A model generated the notes under the pieces. The model saw only the letters and a program-made list of their open reading frames with translations, made no database searches and had not been told where the DNA came from. A stretch of DNA of 64,000 nt, from positions 1 through 64,000 of the forward strand of contig KZ538627.1 of the NCBI GenBank assembly GCA_000934665.2. The letters run 5' to 3'. How positions within the stretch are numbered: the first letter of the stretch is position 1; each line of letters starts with the position of its first letter. Source of the stretch: Catajapyx aquilonaris. Its lineage: Eukaryota. The translations under genes were made by a program, and so were the position numbers. Below, piece after piece: positions 13,370-24,750 of this stretch.

Positions 13370-14010
13370 ATCTTAAATAACATCGACGATATAATAATAT
13401 CTTAACCAGATATCTGCGATATCTCGTGTACATTCTCTGCTTCTATTAATATTCTCCATTTAATATCCATTCAACTGATTTTTCTATATCTACGATTTTT
13501 TGATACTTTATATATTCGATATCGACGATATTACGATATGAGCTAAATATTTTGTACTCTGTATTCGGTAATTATTAATTTTCGAGATTGGCTTGATATT
13601 AATATTTTGATAGATATTTGAGATTTATTCGATATCTATCGGGGATATATTACTATTATAACTTGAACTAAGACAGTAATCGATATCTATATGAGGTTTA
13701 TTTGAAATTCATTCGGTATATTTGATATTATTAATTCGGTGTTATTTCAATATCCACAGGATAGTCATTTGATGTATACTGGATAGTCGTTCGATATCTA
13801 CTCGGTATTCATATGTTCGATATCTACTCGATATTTATACGCGATATTCGAACGATATTCATACGATATTCGAACGATTCATTCGATAACTACTCTATAT
13901 TATACTGTTTTCTCGATATTATCATTTAATGTTATCTCGATATTTCCATTCGATATGTTTTCTCGATATTTCGATTCAATATGCTTTCTCGATATTCCCA
14001 TTCGATATAT
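13370..14010 (+). repeat. TTCGATAT degenerate block
   Basis: Dense TCGATAT motifs related to the 11.9-12.7 kb block. Confidence 0.75.
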
Positions 14011-14961
14011 TTATGCTCTGTATATAACGGGTAAAGGCTTCTAAACTCAGGTAATAGCAGCAGGGCCATATCTTTCCGGGCCCGAATAGAAAGAAACCTT
14101 CCCCAACGAAAAGAAAAGCCAAGAAGCCAAGCTGGCCGTTAGCATATGACATGAGTCGGCATAATCCGGGGGACCGGCCGACTAATGTGGAAACTTTCGA
14201 CTTGGGAGTTGCCGTCGGGAGATTACGCATGGAGTATGCATGAGGCCATTCCGGAGAAAGCAACGCGCTGTCTCCCGCCCCCGCCCCGCCCCCGCCCCCC
14301 ACCCCCGCCCGTACTTCCTTGCTTTATGGCAACGGCGCATTATATAACCTGGATTATCTCTACTTTCCATCCCGGAGACCTGTCCCTAAGGGCGACCTAA
14401 CAACACACACCGGATCTAAGGAGGTGGGAAGGTTGCTCCACTCCCCCGGATTTCTATCTGGGGGCATCTCCCCACCGGAGATTCCGGACTGGGGAAGAAA
14501 GGGGGGTAAATGAAGATCCCTAATATATCCGTCTTCATCCGGGGAGGCTTTTCCTTGCGTCTCTGACGGAAAAGGAGAGCAGATTCTGATTTATATTCCC
14601 CGCCCACCCACCCATCCCGGTTTATGGCTCTGGCACCTTGGCAGGGACAAGAGCCTCTGCTTCGCCTGATCACCCTGGATGCTCACTTCCCTTTTCCGGG
14701 GGAGGCCATCCGGATTTGTTGGCTGTTCAGACCCACAGAATTAGTAGAGAGTACGGAATTCAACGTGGCTCATTGGTGGCCATGACACTTTAGGCGCTTA
14801 GGGTTTGGTTTGGTTTTATTAGGTAGTAGCCAAAGCAACTATGGCTACCTGGCATATTGACATGATATGGCCCCCATCGGCCGACAGTAGACTTTTGGTT
14901 GGTACTGTTATGCGTTATAGGGACTCTCCTACGGATTATTACACCCCAAACAGTGACATGA

Positions 14962-15275
14962 TGCGCAAAGAATCCCTCATATCCAGGTGCGCGGAGAATC
15001 CCTAATATACAGGTACGCGGAGAATCCCTAATAATATTTAGGTGCACGGAGAATCCCTAATAATATTCAGGTGCACGGAGAATCCCTAATAATATCCAGG
15101 TGCGCGGAGAATCCCTAATATCCAGGTACGCGGAGAATCCCTAATAATATCCAGGTGCACGGAGAACCCCTAATAATATTCAGGTGCGCGGAGAATCCTT
15201 AATATCCAGGTACGCGGAGAACCCCTAATAATATTCAGGAGCGCGAAGAATCCCTCATATCCAGGTGCGCGGAGA
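14962..15275 (+). repeat. 26/29-bp GC-richer minisatellite followed by a CCTAA-like tract
   Basis: TATCCAGGTGCGCGGAGAATCCCTAA(TAA), about 11 copies; inverted copy at 14916-14935; AACCTAACCTAAC-like sequence near 15345-15360. Confidence 0.9.
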
Positions 15276-16119
15276 AACTAAAATTCGGCAAGCTATTATC
15301 CTAGCTAACCTTATCTCGCCTAGATTAGGCCTACATAACCTGATCTGACCTAACCTAACGACTTAAACTCATATTAAAATTGCGATTTTTTGATGGATGA
15401 ATTGGCAGCCCTGGACATGCGAAGACCTTATTATTTTCAGCCTTATGACTTTCCTCTTTAACAATCTGTTAGTTATTGCTATTTTCTGTGTCCGCATGTA
15501 AACTTATGCCTTCCGGACACGTTTGCGACGTTGCCAGTGCGGCTCATTGAAACGCTTTCCGTGTCTGAGCCTGGCCTTTTTGTTGTTGTCAGTAAAAGAA
15601 TGGGAGGGAGGGTAGATGGGGAAGGGAAGGGGTATTCCGGATGGAGCAACTTGGAGCCGACATAAGTGGCGTCAGATGGTGTGTCCATCTGGCGTTACGT
15701 GCCCTTAGCGCCGGAGAGAGTGTGGATGCCTGCCATATCTGAGAGCCCCACGCTGGGCGCCAAAAAAAAAGTATCACTTTGGCCTTACACACACAAAAAA
15801 AAAGGAGAGTCCCGGTGGCATCGTTCAAGTTTCAAGTTTTGCACGCGCCAAATGGAATTGCGAGGCCATCCCAAGCCGCATCCTAAGATTATGAGCAGGT
15901 TTTGCCAAGTCTTTTAATCGACGCTGGGGACGCCTGGCGGAGACCGTTACAGCCACTCATCCTGGGCCACGTGGCCCACTCGCTAAACGTATTTGCATGT
16001 CTGGAATCGCACCAGTGCCAGACGAAATTGCAGCAAGTGTGCTGTTTGTCCGCGACTAATTCACACTTGCAAGCTGTCATTGAAGGAATGTGTGCGACAT
16101 GCCCAGAATTATGATTGAA

Positions 16120-16790
16120 TTAATATTTAATTAATGCAACTGACCTAATTGACTCAAAATAAGTGGAGAGAATGCTAATTAAATGTGCAGATATATAACT
16201 TGTTCCCTCATTAATATTATGAATTTCATTATTAAAATGAAATAAATTAAATGAATATAAATGGGTGAATAATGAAATAAATGTATTAATAAAATTAGCA
16301 CATGAAACATGTTATTGTAATTAATTATATATATAATTAAATTGTATACATAAATAATTACAGAATCAAGTATATATATAACAAATAATAAAGCAATGTA
16401 ACCTAATATATAAAATACAAATACAAATAATAACATAGTAGAATAATGTGAATAATAATGTAGTATAAATGTGAATAATAATGCAGTATAAATGTGAATA
16501 ATAATGTAGTATAAATGTGAATAATAATATATAATATAAATGATAATAATAATGTACAATATAAATGCGAATAATAATGTAATATGCATACGAATAATAA
16601 TACTGTATAATATAAATACGAATGTAAGAAACCAAAATATTTAATATAATTAATTGTATAATATAATAATTATGAATAATACTAATAATTATGAATAATA
16701 CTAATAAAACAAATAAAACAATATGAATAAAATTAATAAAATTATGGAAATAAATAAATAAAAGTATCAGAAAATGAAAATGATGAAAAT
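16120..16790 (+). repeat. Extremely AT-rich AATAAT block with a 25-bp subrepeat
   Basis: AATGTGAATAATAATGTAGTATA-type units at about 16445-16620. Confidence 0.8.
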
Positions 16791-17623
16791 AAATGAGATT
16801 AATGTCTCTCTAATGTATGAAATTACAACTGGGATTCTCCTGCACATTTTCGTTTCCATTCTGGCCCTAGTTGCCATATCTTTTTTAACACCCGTGTTTA
16901 ATAGCAGCAACAGCTTGCAACAATGTCTGCCTCCCCAAGAGCGCTCCTTTCCTTCGCACTCTGTTAACCACGCTGACAAACTGACCCTCTTAGCTACTAA
17001 ATTAGCCTCTCGCCCGACTTAAGTGACCCGGGTTGTAAAGCTCTTAAGATGGTCTCATAACATGTCCGGCTCTTTCTCTCCTTCTCTCCCTCCCTCTCCT
17101 CCAACCATCACCCTCTAAAACCGTCCCTTGCGACGAGCCCCGGAGTCTCCGGGTTGACCACTAAACGTGATGGGTTGCTGGCACGGAAGCTGCACAATAT
17201 GGACGCGTCACGATAGGAATTTACGACAACGTGGGCCGTGGGGGGGTAGTCCTCGCCCAGGAAGAGGAGACGCCTAATTTTGCGAGGAGGGGGTATGGCG
17301 GGGACCTTCTTGTGGGAGTTGAGGGAGGGGAAGGGAGGGGAAGGGGAAATTATTATCACTTGTGGGACTAGGGCTCGTAAATTTCCTGTCTCGGCTCTTA
17401 ATTGCCGGTGGCTGGTAAAAAGGGTTCTCAAAAAATGGAATCACTTACAAATAATTAGTACGAAGGGGATTCACCTGTATCCTGGCCTACCAATGATTCT
17501 TAAGATTTCAGGTGATTTCCGGATCATTTCAAAAATATATGAAGATCAGACACCAAGTGCCACACCGCGGACAACCGTCACATACCAAGCTAATTCTTAT
17601 TTATTTATTTATTTATTTATATT

Positions 17624-18460
17624 TTAAAACTTATTTAATTTTGTTATTTCATGAATAGTTATTAAATTGAAAATGTTATTGGGTGTATTTGTTGCGAATT
17701 TCTCAACGTGGTTTCCCTGGGATTTCTTGTATACTCTTGCGGACTGTCCAGGGGATTCCCTGCTTTCCGGACCCGGATTTTTCGTGTCCGCTCCAAAATG
17801 CATGGTCATGAAAAAACTGGATCAGATGGGGATTGAGCACGGATTGGACTACCCTGGGACGCACCTTGACCGTGGTGGACGTGACCCGGAGCTCCAAACA
17901 GTCCATCGCGTCTATAAAGGCCACGATTCGCTCCTAGATGGCCCCCCAATTTTTATAGAATCCAGCATTAGACCTAAACCCCCGTGGAATTTTGTCCACG
18001 TACAACCCGGATTGACACATTCGTCCGGAATGGGTTGTCCACCCCCGGGGCCAAACACGCCGTTTTTGCCCCTGGACTCCGCCCCCAGCTTTATTATTTA
18101 GGACTATTTTTCCACCGGATCGTGTCGACAGATAGGCTTTCCCTCCCAGTGGTGATGAAGAGTCTCATAAAAGAGCGAAGGAACGCCGGACCTTATTGCC
18201 CTCTCTCTTCCAAGAGGACAGTCTTTCAGCCTTGTCCGGTCCACTTGTCCGGGTCCACCCCTCCCACACGTCTTCTATTCTCTTTTGTGAAGAGAATAAG
18301 CGGTTTGGTTGAAGAAGTAGCTCTCAGCGGGTCGATTCTGTCTCAAGAGGACACAAAAAAGGTCCAATTCCTGCCAGCCCGGATGAGGTCCGGATTGGTC
18401 CGGGTCTGGACCGCCATTAACCCTCCAGTTTGCCTCAATCGGCATCATGATGTCAATACG
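17624..18460 (-). mobile_element. Highly decayed Tc1-like DDE transposase relic
   Basis: Manual minus-strand translation across stops and frameshifts gives Tc1-like motifs in the right order: LRATSSTKPL..KENRRR..KWTGQG*KTVL; IVLNNKAGGG (cf. TVKHGGG); GAPGH...AQSP (cf. DNAPxH...WPxQSPDL); C-terminal EKFATNTPN (cf. KLIxSMP). Confidence 0.55.
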
Positions 18461-18488
18461 ATACCCGAATTTGGTCGTAGCCTCGCCC

Positions 18489-18565
18489 TTCCGGCTAGCT
18501 CAGTCAGTAGAGCATGAGACTCTTAATCTCAGGGTCGTTTGGGTCGAGCACCACGTTGGGCGCCA
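18489..18565 (+). pseudogene. tRNA-Lys(CTT)-derived copy 1 of tandem array, with encoded CCA
   Basis: CCGGCTAGCTCAGTCAGTAGAGCATGAGACTCTTAATCTCAGGGTCG...CCACGTTGGGCG-CCA is near-identical to metazoan tRNA-Lys-CTT. The anticodon arm is intact; the 5' acceptor bases and T-arm/B-box are mutated. Confidence 0.9.
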
Positions 18566-18577
18566 GTTGTAACCTCC

Positions 18578-18648
18578 TCCCGGCTAGTCGGTTGAGCAGG
18601 AGACGCTTAATCGTAGGGTCATGGGTTCGAGCCCCACGCTGGACCCCA
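18578..18648 (+). pseudogene. tRNA-Lys(CTT)-derived copy 2, degenerate, with encoded CCA
   Basis: CCCGGCTAGTCGGTTGAGCAGGAGACGCTTAATCGTAGGGTCATGGGTTCGAGCCCCACGCTGGACC-CCA; D-arm deletion, intact B box. Confidence 0.85.
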
Positions 18649-18663
18649 GTTGTAGCCTCGTTC

Positions 18664-18737
18664 GCCCGGCTTGCCCATTCGGAAGAGCATGAGACTCAAT
18701 CTCAGTGTCGTGGGTTCGAACCCCACGCTGGGCGCTA
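18664..18737 (+). pseudogene. tRNA-Lys(CTT)-derived copy 3, degenerate (anticodon loop deletion, CTA in place of CCA)
   Basis: GCCCGGCTTGCCCATTCGGAAGAGCATGAGACTCAATCTCAGTGTCGTGGGTTCGAACCCCACGCTGGGCG-CTA. Confidence 0.85.
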
Positions 18738-18875
18738 GTTGTAGCCTCGCGAATGACGCTACAATGGCGCCCAGGGTGGTGCTGGCTCATCCGGCTAAAC
18801 AGTCCAGCTAAACAGCGAGGCTACGTGACACTAGGCCTGGCTAACACACTACCCTAGCCATGTTTGCCACATAAT

Positions 18876-18982
18876 CCAGCAGATGTCGCTAGATACGCAG
18901 ACCATCCGGTAGATGCCGCCACCGTCTTGCTGGAGTCCAGCAGATGGCGCGACCGTCTCCAAACGAGCTAACAGATGTCACC
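18876..18982 (+). promoter_or_regulatory. Four CTCF-like motifs at 30-31 bp spacing
   Basis: CCAGCAGATGTCGCT (18876), CCGGTAGATGCCGCC (18906), CCAGCAGATGGCGCG (18937), CTAACAGATGTCACC (18968), against the consensus CCASYAGRKGGCRS. Confidence 0.5.
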
Positions 18983-19762
18983 AGCGGCACCCAGTGGCAA
19001 CGAGGCCATTCCTGACCACATACACTCAACCAAATGAGTGTGTCGCTTTCCAACCGATTTGGGGAAGTGGCAGAGCAGCGATTACAAGCCCGTTTATTCC
19101 GGAACAGCTAGACAAAAAAGCGTCGCTGGAAAAAAAAAATCTCGTGGACTTTCAGCATGATGAGTTTCCTGTCGCCTAAAACCCCCTCCCCGTTTGCATC
19201 GAAGAGGAAATTGTCCATATTCGCACGCGATTCGGAACGTAATTATCGCCTCACTCCGATGCGAAAATGAAGGCTGGGGCTATTGTCCAAAAAAGCAGTT
19301 ATATCTCGTGCGGCTGACGGGATTTTGCAACCGTGGCTGTGGAGATTCGCAATAGTTTTTATATCGCCATTAAAACCATAACTATGACTATGCAGCACTA
19401 CAGGGGGGAGAGGCGCATATTGGGCAGTAGCGCGTGTATTTCGCGGGGGGCGAGTATTAGCCATGCGAACCAGACGAGGCTGGGTACATAATGCGAGCAT
19501 GTCAGTAACTGCTGCATTGTGTTTAAATTACTGGGCACAATGCGGCCGTTTACTGACGCGGTCGCGTTTGGGCACGTCTATCACGGCGACGCATTAACCA
19601 GAGGGTGATTAAGTGAGGGTTAAGGCGTGTTCACATATCCGCAATTTTGGAGCCTTGACATCGACTAAATCGCTCCACACTTTCAAATCACAGAATTGGC
19701 TGGAGGCTGTGCCTGTTTGTCCGGGATTAGTCATCATGTGGAATTGTAGATGGATCTACCCA

Positions 19763-19833
19763 TCTTAATATCAGCGTCGTAAGTTCGAGCCCCACGTTGG
19801 GTGCCAGTTGTAGCCTCGTTCGCCCGGATAAGC
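19763..19833 (+). pseudogene. Detached fragment of the tRNA-Lys/linker array (3' half + CCA + linker + next 5' end)
   Basis: TCTTAATATCAGCGTCGTAAGTTCGAGCCCCACGTTGGGTG-CCA-GTTGTAGCCTCGTTC-GCCCGG; same junction as 18646-18669. Confidence 0.85.
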
Positions 19834-21186
19834 AGACCCTGCATGTTGCGCCATCTCTATGGTAGATATGGTACTACGTAGACACTCTGGGGTCCCGGTA
19901 ATGTTGCCAGTCAATTTGGTACTAACAGCGACCGATTTTAGGGCTGAAGGAGGAAAATCGCTCCCTGATACACCTAAATCTCTTCAGTAATCAGATGTGT
20001 CCCGCCATATTTAATCCAAATCAAGGTTCCTGCCATTTTCGCTCCGAAACATGCCACCATGTTTGGCCCAGATATTTTTAATTTGGCTCTTTGGAACCAA
20101 GTATCTGTAGAAAACATGGTACAAATGGCGTAGACTATCTCATACTACTACTAAAGCGATTTGGTGCTAGAAGTGAGCGATTTCCGGAGCTTGAAGAGGA
20201 AAATCGCTCCCACCATGTTTGGTCCAGACACTGCGTTCCGCCATGTTTGGTCCAAATCAACGCTGCATACATTTTAGCTCCAGAGCATGCAGCCATGTTT
20301 GGTCCAGATGTTTCTATTTCGGGTGTAGCCGTCACGTCAGCTTCCTGACACTTTTTTCCCGAGGCTGAATCAGATAGACGTGAGTGGGTGGTCGGTGGGA
20401 GGCACAAAACGCGACTGTCGTTTATATTTCATGTTGACGGCGCCCTGTTGAATCACGTCTTCTTTCTTTTTTTGTGTGTGTGTCGTTTTCTTTTCTTTTC
20501 CGTCCTATCCCAGGGCAGGCAGAAAACTTCGACAGCCGCAAAATGCCAACGCCTGTCACGATTTGCTTTGACGACTCTTTTCTCTCTCTCGGCCTTAGTT
20601 TTCCTGTGTTTGGGAGGCTTGCCTGCCTGGAAAAAGCTTTTTCCTTTCCAGGCGGCCAAGCGGAAACAGAAGGCAAAATGCTCCCCCTCCTCTCCCCACT
20701 ACCTCTTCCCCAGTCCCATCCCTTCCCCCTCCCATAGTTTTGTTCCAGACACCAAGCTCTATTCCTACCCATCCCAAGCAGATTCTTACTTCGCAAAGTG
20801 CCCCTGACAACCAGCCCACTTTGGTAACGGCTATGTACTTGCTTCTATCTGAAAAAAACGTAGCTGCTAAGTAGCAGGTGGTTAAAAATTAGGTCCTAAT
20901 ATTAGCTTAAATAGTAGCTTCTATTTTAATATCGCGGTTTATTCTAGCTATGATACAGCTAATATTTTTAACACTCGGTCATTTAGCAGCAGCAGCAAAT
21001 TCGTAGCTGTAAGACGACTTTGCAAGTATTGGTATTTATTTTATATATTAACATATTTTTAATCACTTACGTAGTTTTCATTTTTCTGTTATTTTACCTG
21101 TTTATTGTTCATAATATTTATTTATTTACTTTATTGCCTATTGCATTCATTTTTTCCTGTATTTTTTGTTTATATTGTACGGTATA

Positions 21187-21398
21187 CAGGGTGTCTCAAC
21201 TTTTTTGTCCGAACCGTTATCGGAAATATGGCGCTATAAGCTGCTATTTGTAAGCAGTGACTTGCAACCGGTTTGTCCGAGGAATGGGAAATATTCCCTG
21301 CTAATCATAGGTTGAAGTGGCATACATTGCTTGCAAAGTATAGCAGCTTAGTGCAATATTTCCGATAACTGTTCGGACAAAAAAGTTGAAACACCCTG
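21187..21398. mobile_element. Tc1/mariner-type MITE, full-length imperfect hairpin
   Basis: TA|CAGGGTGTCTCAACTTTTTTGTCCGAACCGTTATCGGAAATAT ... ATATTTCCGATAACTGTTCGGACAAAAAAGTTGAAACACCCTG|TA. Confidence 0.85.
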
Positions 21399-22489
21399 TA
21401 CATTTTGATGGATTTATTTTTTTATGTATTTGTTTTCATTTAATTTATGTCATTGTGTTTGTAATTTTTTCTTTGCATTTATACAGTATATTGAATTAAA
21501 TAAATTAGACTACCGGTAATTAAAAGCTAATTAAATAAATAAACAGTTTTATTTTATTTGTTTTTAATTACCGGCAGTCGAATTAAGTTATTTATCTTGT
21601 GTTATGGATTTAACTTTATTCATATTACTTGCTTAATTTATTTTTTCTAATGGAAATGCTTGTGTATAGTGCAGTTTAGTTTTACTCCATCACTATCGAC
21701 TCCAACCCTGCAATCAATCACGTATGAGTGATGTCCCACATATTTATCTTTTTTTTTTTTAAAAAAAAAAGTGGTGCTTGATAGACTGTCTATCCGACTA
21801 GATACTATCTGACACCAGCGATGTGAAGCTTAATGGGGGACTACTCTGGCACTACTTACTAGCATCGATTATGAATAAACCCTAAAATGGAACTGGAGCA
21901 AGTGTATGGAGGTCGGGACTAATTATCTTGACATTATTGGGCAGGGGATAAGGTGAAGGTTGATATCTCGCTTTAAGATCGGTGGACCTTCACCCGTTTT
22001 TTTCTCTTTTCGGGAAGACGTGGAAGGGAAAGGGGGTATGTAGGGAGGAATTCCTGAGGGAGCGTTCCTGGGGTACGGCCCATTGACTTTTCTCGCTTGA
22101 GTCTACTCCAGCAGCTCTCTCACAAGCTGACTTACGATCATAGGAAAACCATTAACTTTGTTTTCTCCGCTCATCTCACGCTGGGAAGCTCAGGGCACAC
22201 ATCCAACAGTGGAGGGGGGGGAAAAAATGTAGTAGTAGTAGGAGGAGAGCCCCCCAAGTCAACAATGTAACCTCCCTTAAACATGACATTGCTACAGTGC
22301 CTTTAAGGGCTTACCTGCCACGGCTGGATGGCATTTTAAGCCCAAATTGAAGTAGGTTCTTACTTATTTCCAATACTACCTTGTGGTATTTCCATCCCTA
22401 CTTGTTGCTACAAAATATGGCGGCGGATGTGACCAATCACGAATCTGGATGGCGAAGTATGATGAGTATGATTATAGATAACTTCGATT

Positions 22490-23050
22490 AATACGTTTTA
22501 TAGAATATAGTCAGAATAATAGCTATAATCAGAATTACAATTATAGCAGCCATAACTATTGTAGTAATAATAGTGATAGTAACGATCGCCATAGTAGTAA
22601 TAAGTTATCAGGTAATAGTAGTTGTAGTCATAATAGTTTAGAAATAACATAATAAATTATACTCTAGTCGAATCGCCATAGTAAAAATAGTAATAGTAAT
22701 AACTAATCGTCATGAAAATATTTGCCAGAGTAAATATCATAGCAATAACAGTGATAAGAATAGGTATATGAATAATAGTGATAACAATACTGGTATAGCA
22801 ATCATAGTGATAACAATAATAGTGATAACAAAATAGCAATAACAGTTATCACAAAATAGCAATAATAGTGATATAGTCAAAGCATTAATAGTGACAATAA
22901 CAGTTATAAAATTAATGACAATTAAAGCATTAACAGTGGTAATAGTTAAATCATTAATGGTTATGACAACAGTTATAGCAACTATAGCTATAAAACTAAA
23001 TGGCTATGATGAGAAATAATATAGTTACAAAAGTAAATGGTTATTCTACT
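22490..23050 (+). repeat. AATAGT/GATAAC degenerate block
   Basis: Recurrent AATAATAGTGATAACA. Confidence 0.7.
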
Positions 23051-23871
23051 CATCATCACTGATTCATTGGTAATATAGTTGCTTCTAGCTATTTTAAATT
23101 TATGGGTCACTGCTAGAGAGCGGTCTCGCTAACTGGCGATTTTCATCGCTCGTTTGTTGTTTCGCGATTTTTTGGGAGGTCATAGCAGCTTTAACGCTCC
23201 TTTTTTTTCTGCCATCGCCATGGTGTTATTCGGAGGCCTGCAAAATCCGGCCGATTAGGCTTTGGCATCGTGATGACCGTCATCATAATCATCATCAATC
23301 AGTATTCGCCAGCGCCATATCTGCAGCTTATAATAACCCTTTCCCAACAGGGGCTGCTGCATGGCGGGTAGGGAGGGAGGGAGTGGATACGTATGGTCGA
23401 AAAATAATGCAAATCGTCTGCTCTCAGTTGCCATTTCCCGACCCCAAGACTTGACACGCCATATATACGCGCAGGAAGCCGCCAATCCCAACCGGAAATG
23501 TATCCTCAAAAGGGCGTATCTATTGTGCTCAGCCCGTCTTGCCTAACTGCTTCGCGGAGCTTTTACAGTCAAGGAAGAGTCATAAAGCAGCTCTTCCGGG
23601 TGCTGAGGTTGCTGGTATCGATCACCATGATTTTTCCCCAAAAATATTATGCAATAAGCTCTATAGAGAGAAACATCGCCATCAGAATATAATCAAAACA
23701 TACTTCTTGAAGTATGCTATTCTACTAAGCTCTTATGCTAAGCAGCTATTATGCTATCATTGGGACATCTTATTAGCTATTATGGGATTCAACTACTATG
23801 ATATAAGCTATTCTGTTATTTAGCTATTTAGCTACGCCATCCTTGGGACAATGCCGTGAGATTGTGATCAG

Positions 23872-24203
23872 GTCTTGACTAAGGTCTGGGGACGGAAGTC
23901 TGTGGTTTTACTGTAGCTGTGGGGACCAGTTCCAATTGTGGGGACATTTGTCGGTCCCCACAGTCTCACACACGCGAAGTGTACCATTACAGTGGGGACA
24001 TGTGTAAATAAGTGGGGACATGTCCCCACTATTTTCATTTGTAGGGTTTCACAAAAGTCCATTTTTCTCAGCCTAGGTTACTTAGGGTAGGTTAGGTTAG
24101 GTAGGTTAGGTTAGGTTAGGTTAGGTTAGGTTAGGTTAGGTGAGATCAGTTTACACTCGCAGTGAAAAGTGATCAATGTCCGTCCCCACGCCTTAGTCAA
24201 GAC
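23872..24203. mobile_element. Inverted-repeat-bounded element with an internal (TTAGG)n tract and GTGGGGAC/GTCCCCAC repeats
   Basis: GTCTTGACTAAGGTCTGGGGACGGA matches the reverse complement of TCCGTCCCCACGCCTTAGTCAAGAC at 23/25; TTAGG run about 24075-24141; followed by (GT)n. Confidence 0.75.
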
Positions 24204-24239
24204 AAGAGTGTGTGTGTGTGCGTGTGTGTATGTTATGCC

Positions 24240-24750
24240 GCGCTTATGCTATTTAGCTGTTATGCCATGCAGCGATTATTTTGACATAATATTAGCTTTT
24301 GTGGGATTCGACTACTAGGCTATATTGCGATTTCGCTGCTATGTCATTATTGTGGTTAGCTGCTATGAGATTCAGTTATGCGATTTAACTAATACGATAT
24401 TATCTAACTTGCAACTCTCAGCCACGATTGTGCTATTTAGCTGCTATTATTTTATGTCAATTAGCTCATTAGCTGTTATTTTCTATTTCGTTATTCTGCC
24501 ATTTTATTCTACTTCGTTATTCTGCTATTCAGCTATTATTTTTATTTCGTTATTATGCCATTGGGCTATTATTTATCTATATCGTTATTCTGCTATTCTG
24601 CTATTATTTTCTATCTCGTTATTCTGCTATTCTGCTATTATCTTTCTATTTCGTTACTCTGCTATTCTGCTATTATCTTTCTATTTCGTTACTCTGCTAT
24701 TCAGCTATTATTTTTCTATTTCGTTATTCTGCTAATTTGCTATTTTTACG
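24240..24750 (+). repeat. TTCTGCTATT degenerate minisatellite
   Basis: TTTCTATTTCGTTA(T/C)TCTGCTATTCTGCTATTA units of about 38 bp. Confidence 0.8.

Noticed and set aside
16774..17022. Hydrophobic ORF as the DIP signal-peptide exon
   Set aside because: No good phase-1 donor after the hydrophobic stretch, and it begins in AT-rich low-complexity DNA.
18489..18737. Functional tRNA-Lys genes
   Set aside because: Each copy has a disabling change (acceptor/T-arm, D-arm deletion or anticodon-loop deletion), and no oligo-T terminator follows.
18474..18749. CRISPR array (constant repeat with spacers)
   Set aside because: The 'spacers' are homologous tRNA copies, the repeat is only 11-15 nt, there are no cas genes and the context is eukaryotic.
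24075..24141. True telomere or chromosome fusion site
   Set aside because: Short, single-orientation tract enclosed by the inverted repeats of a small element.
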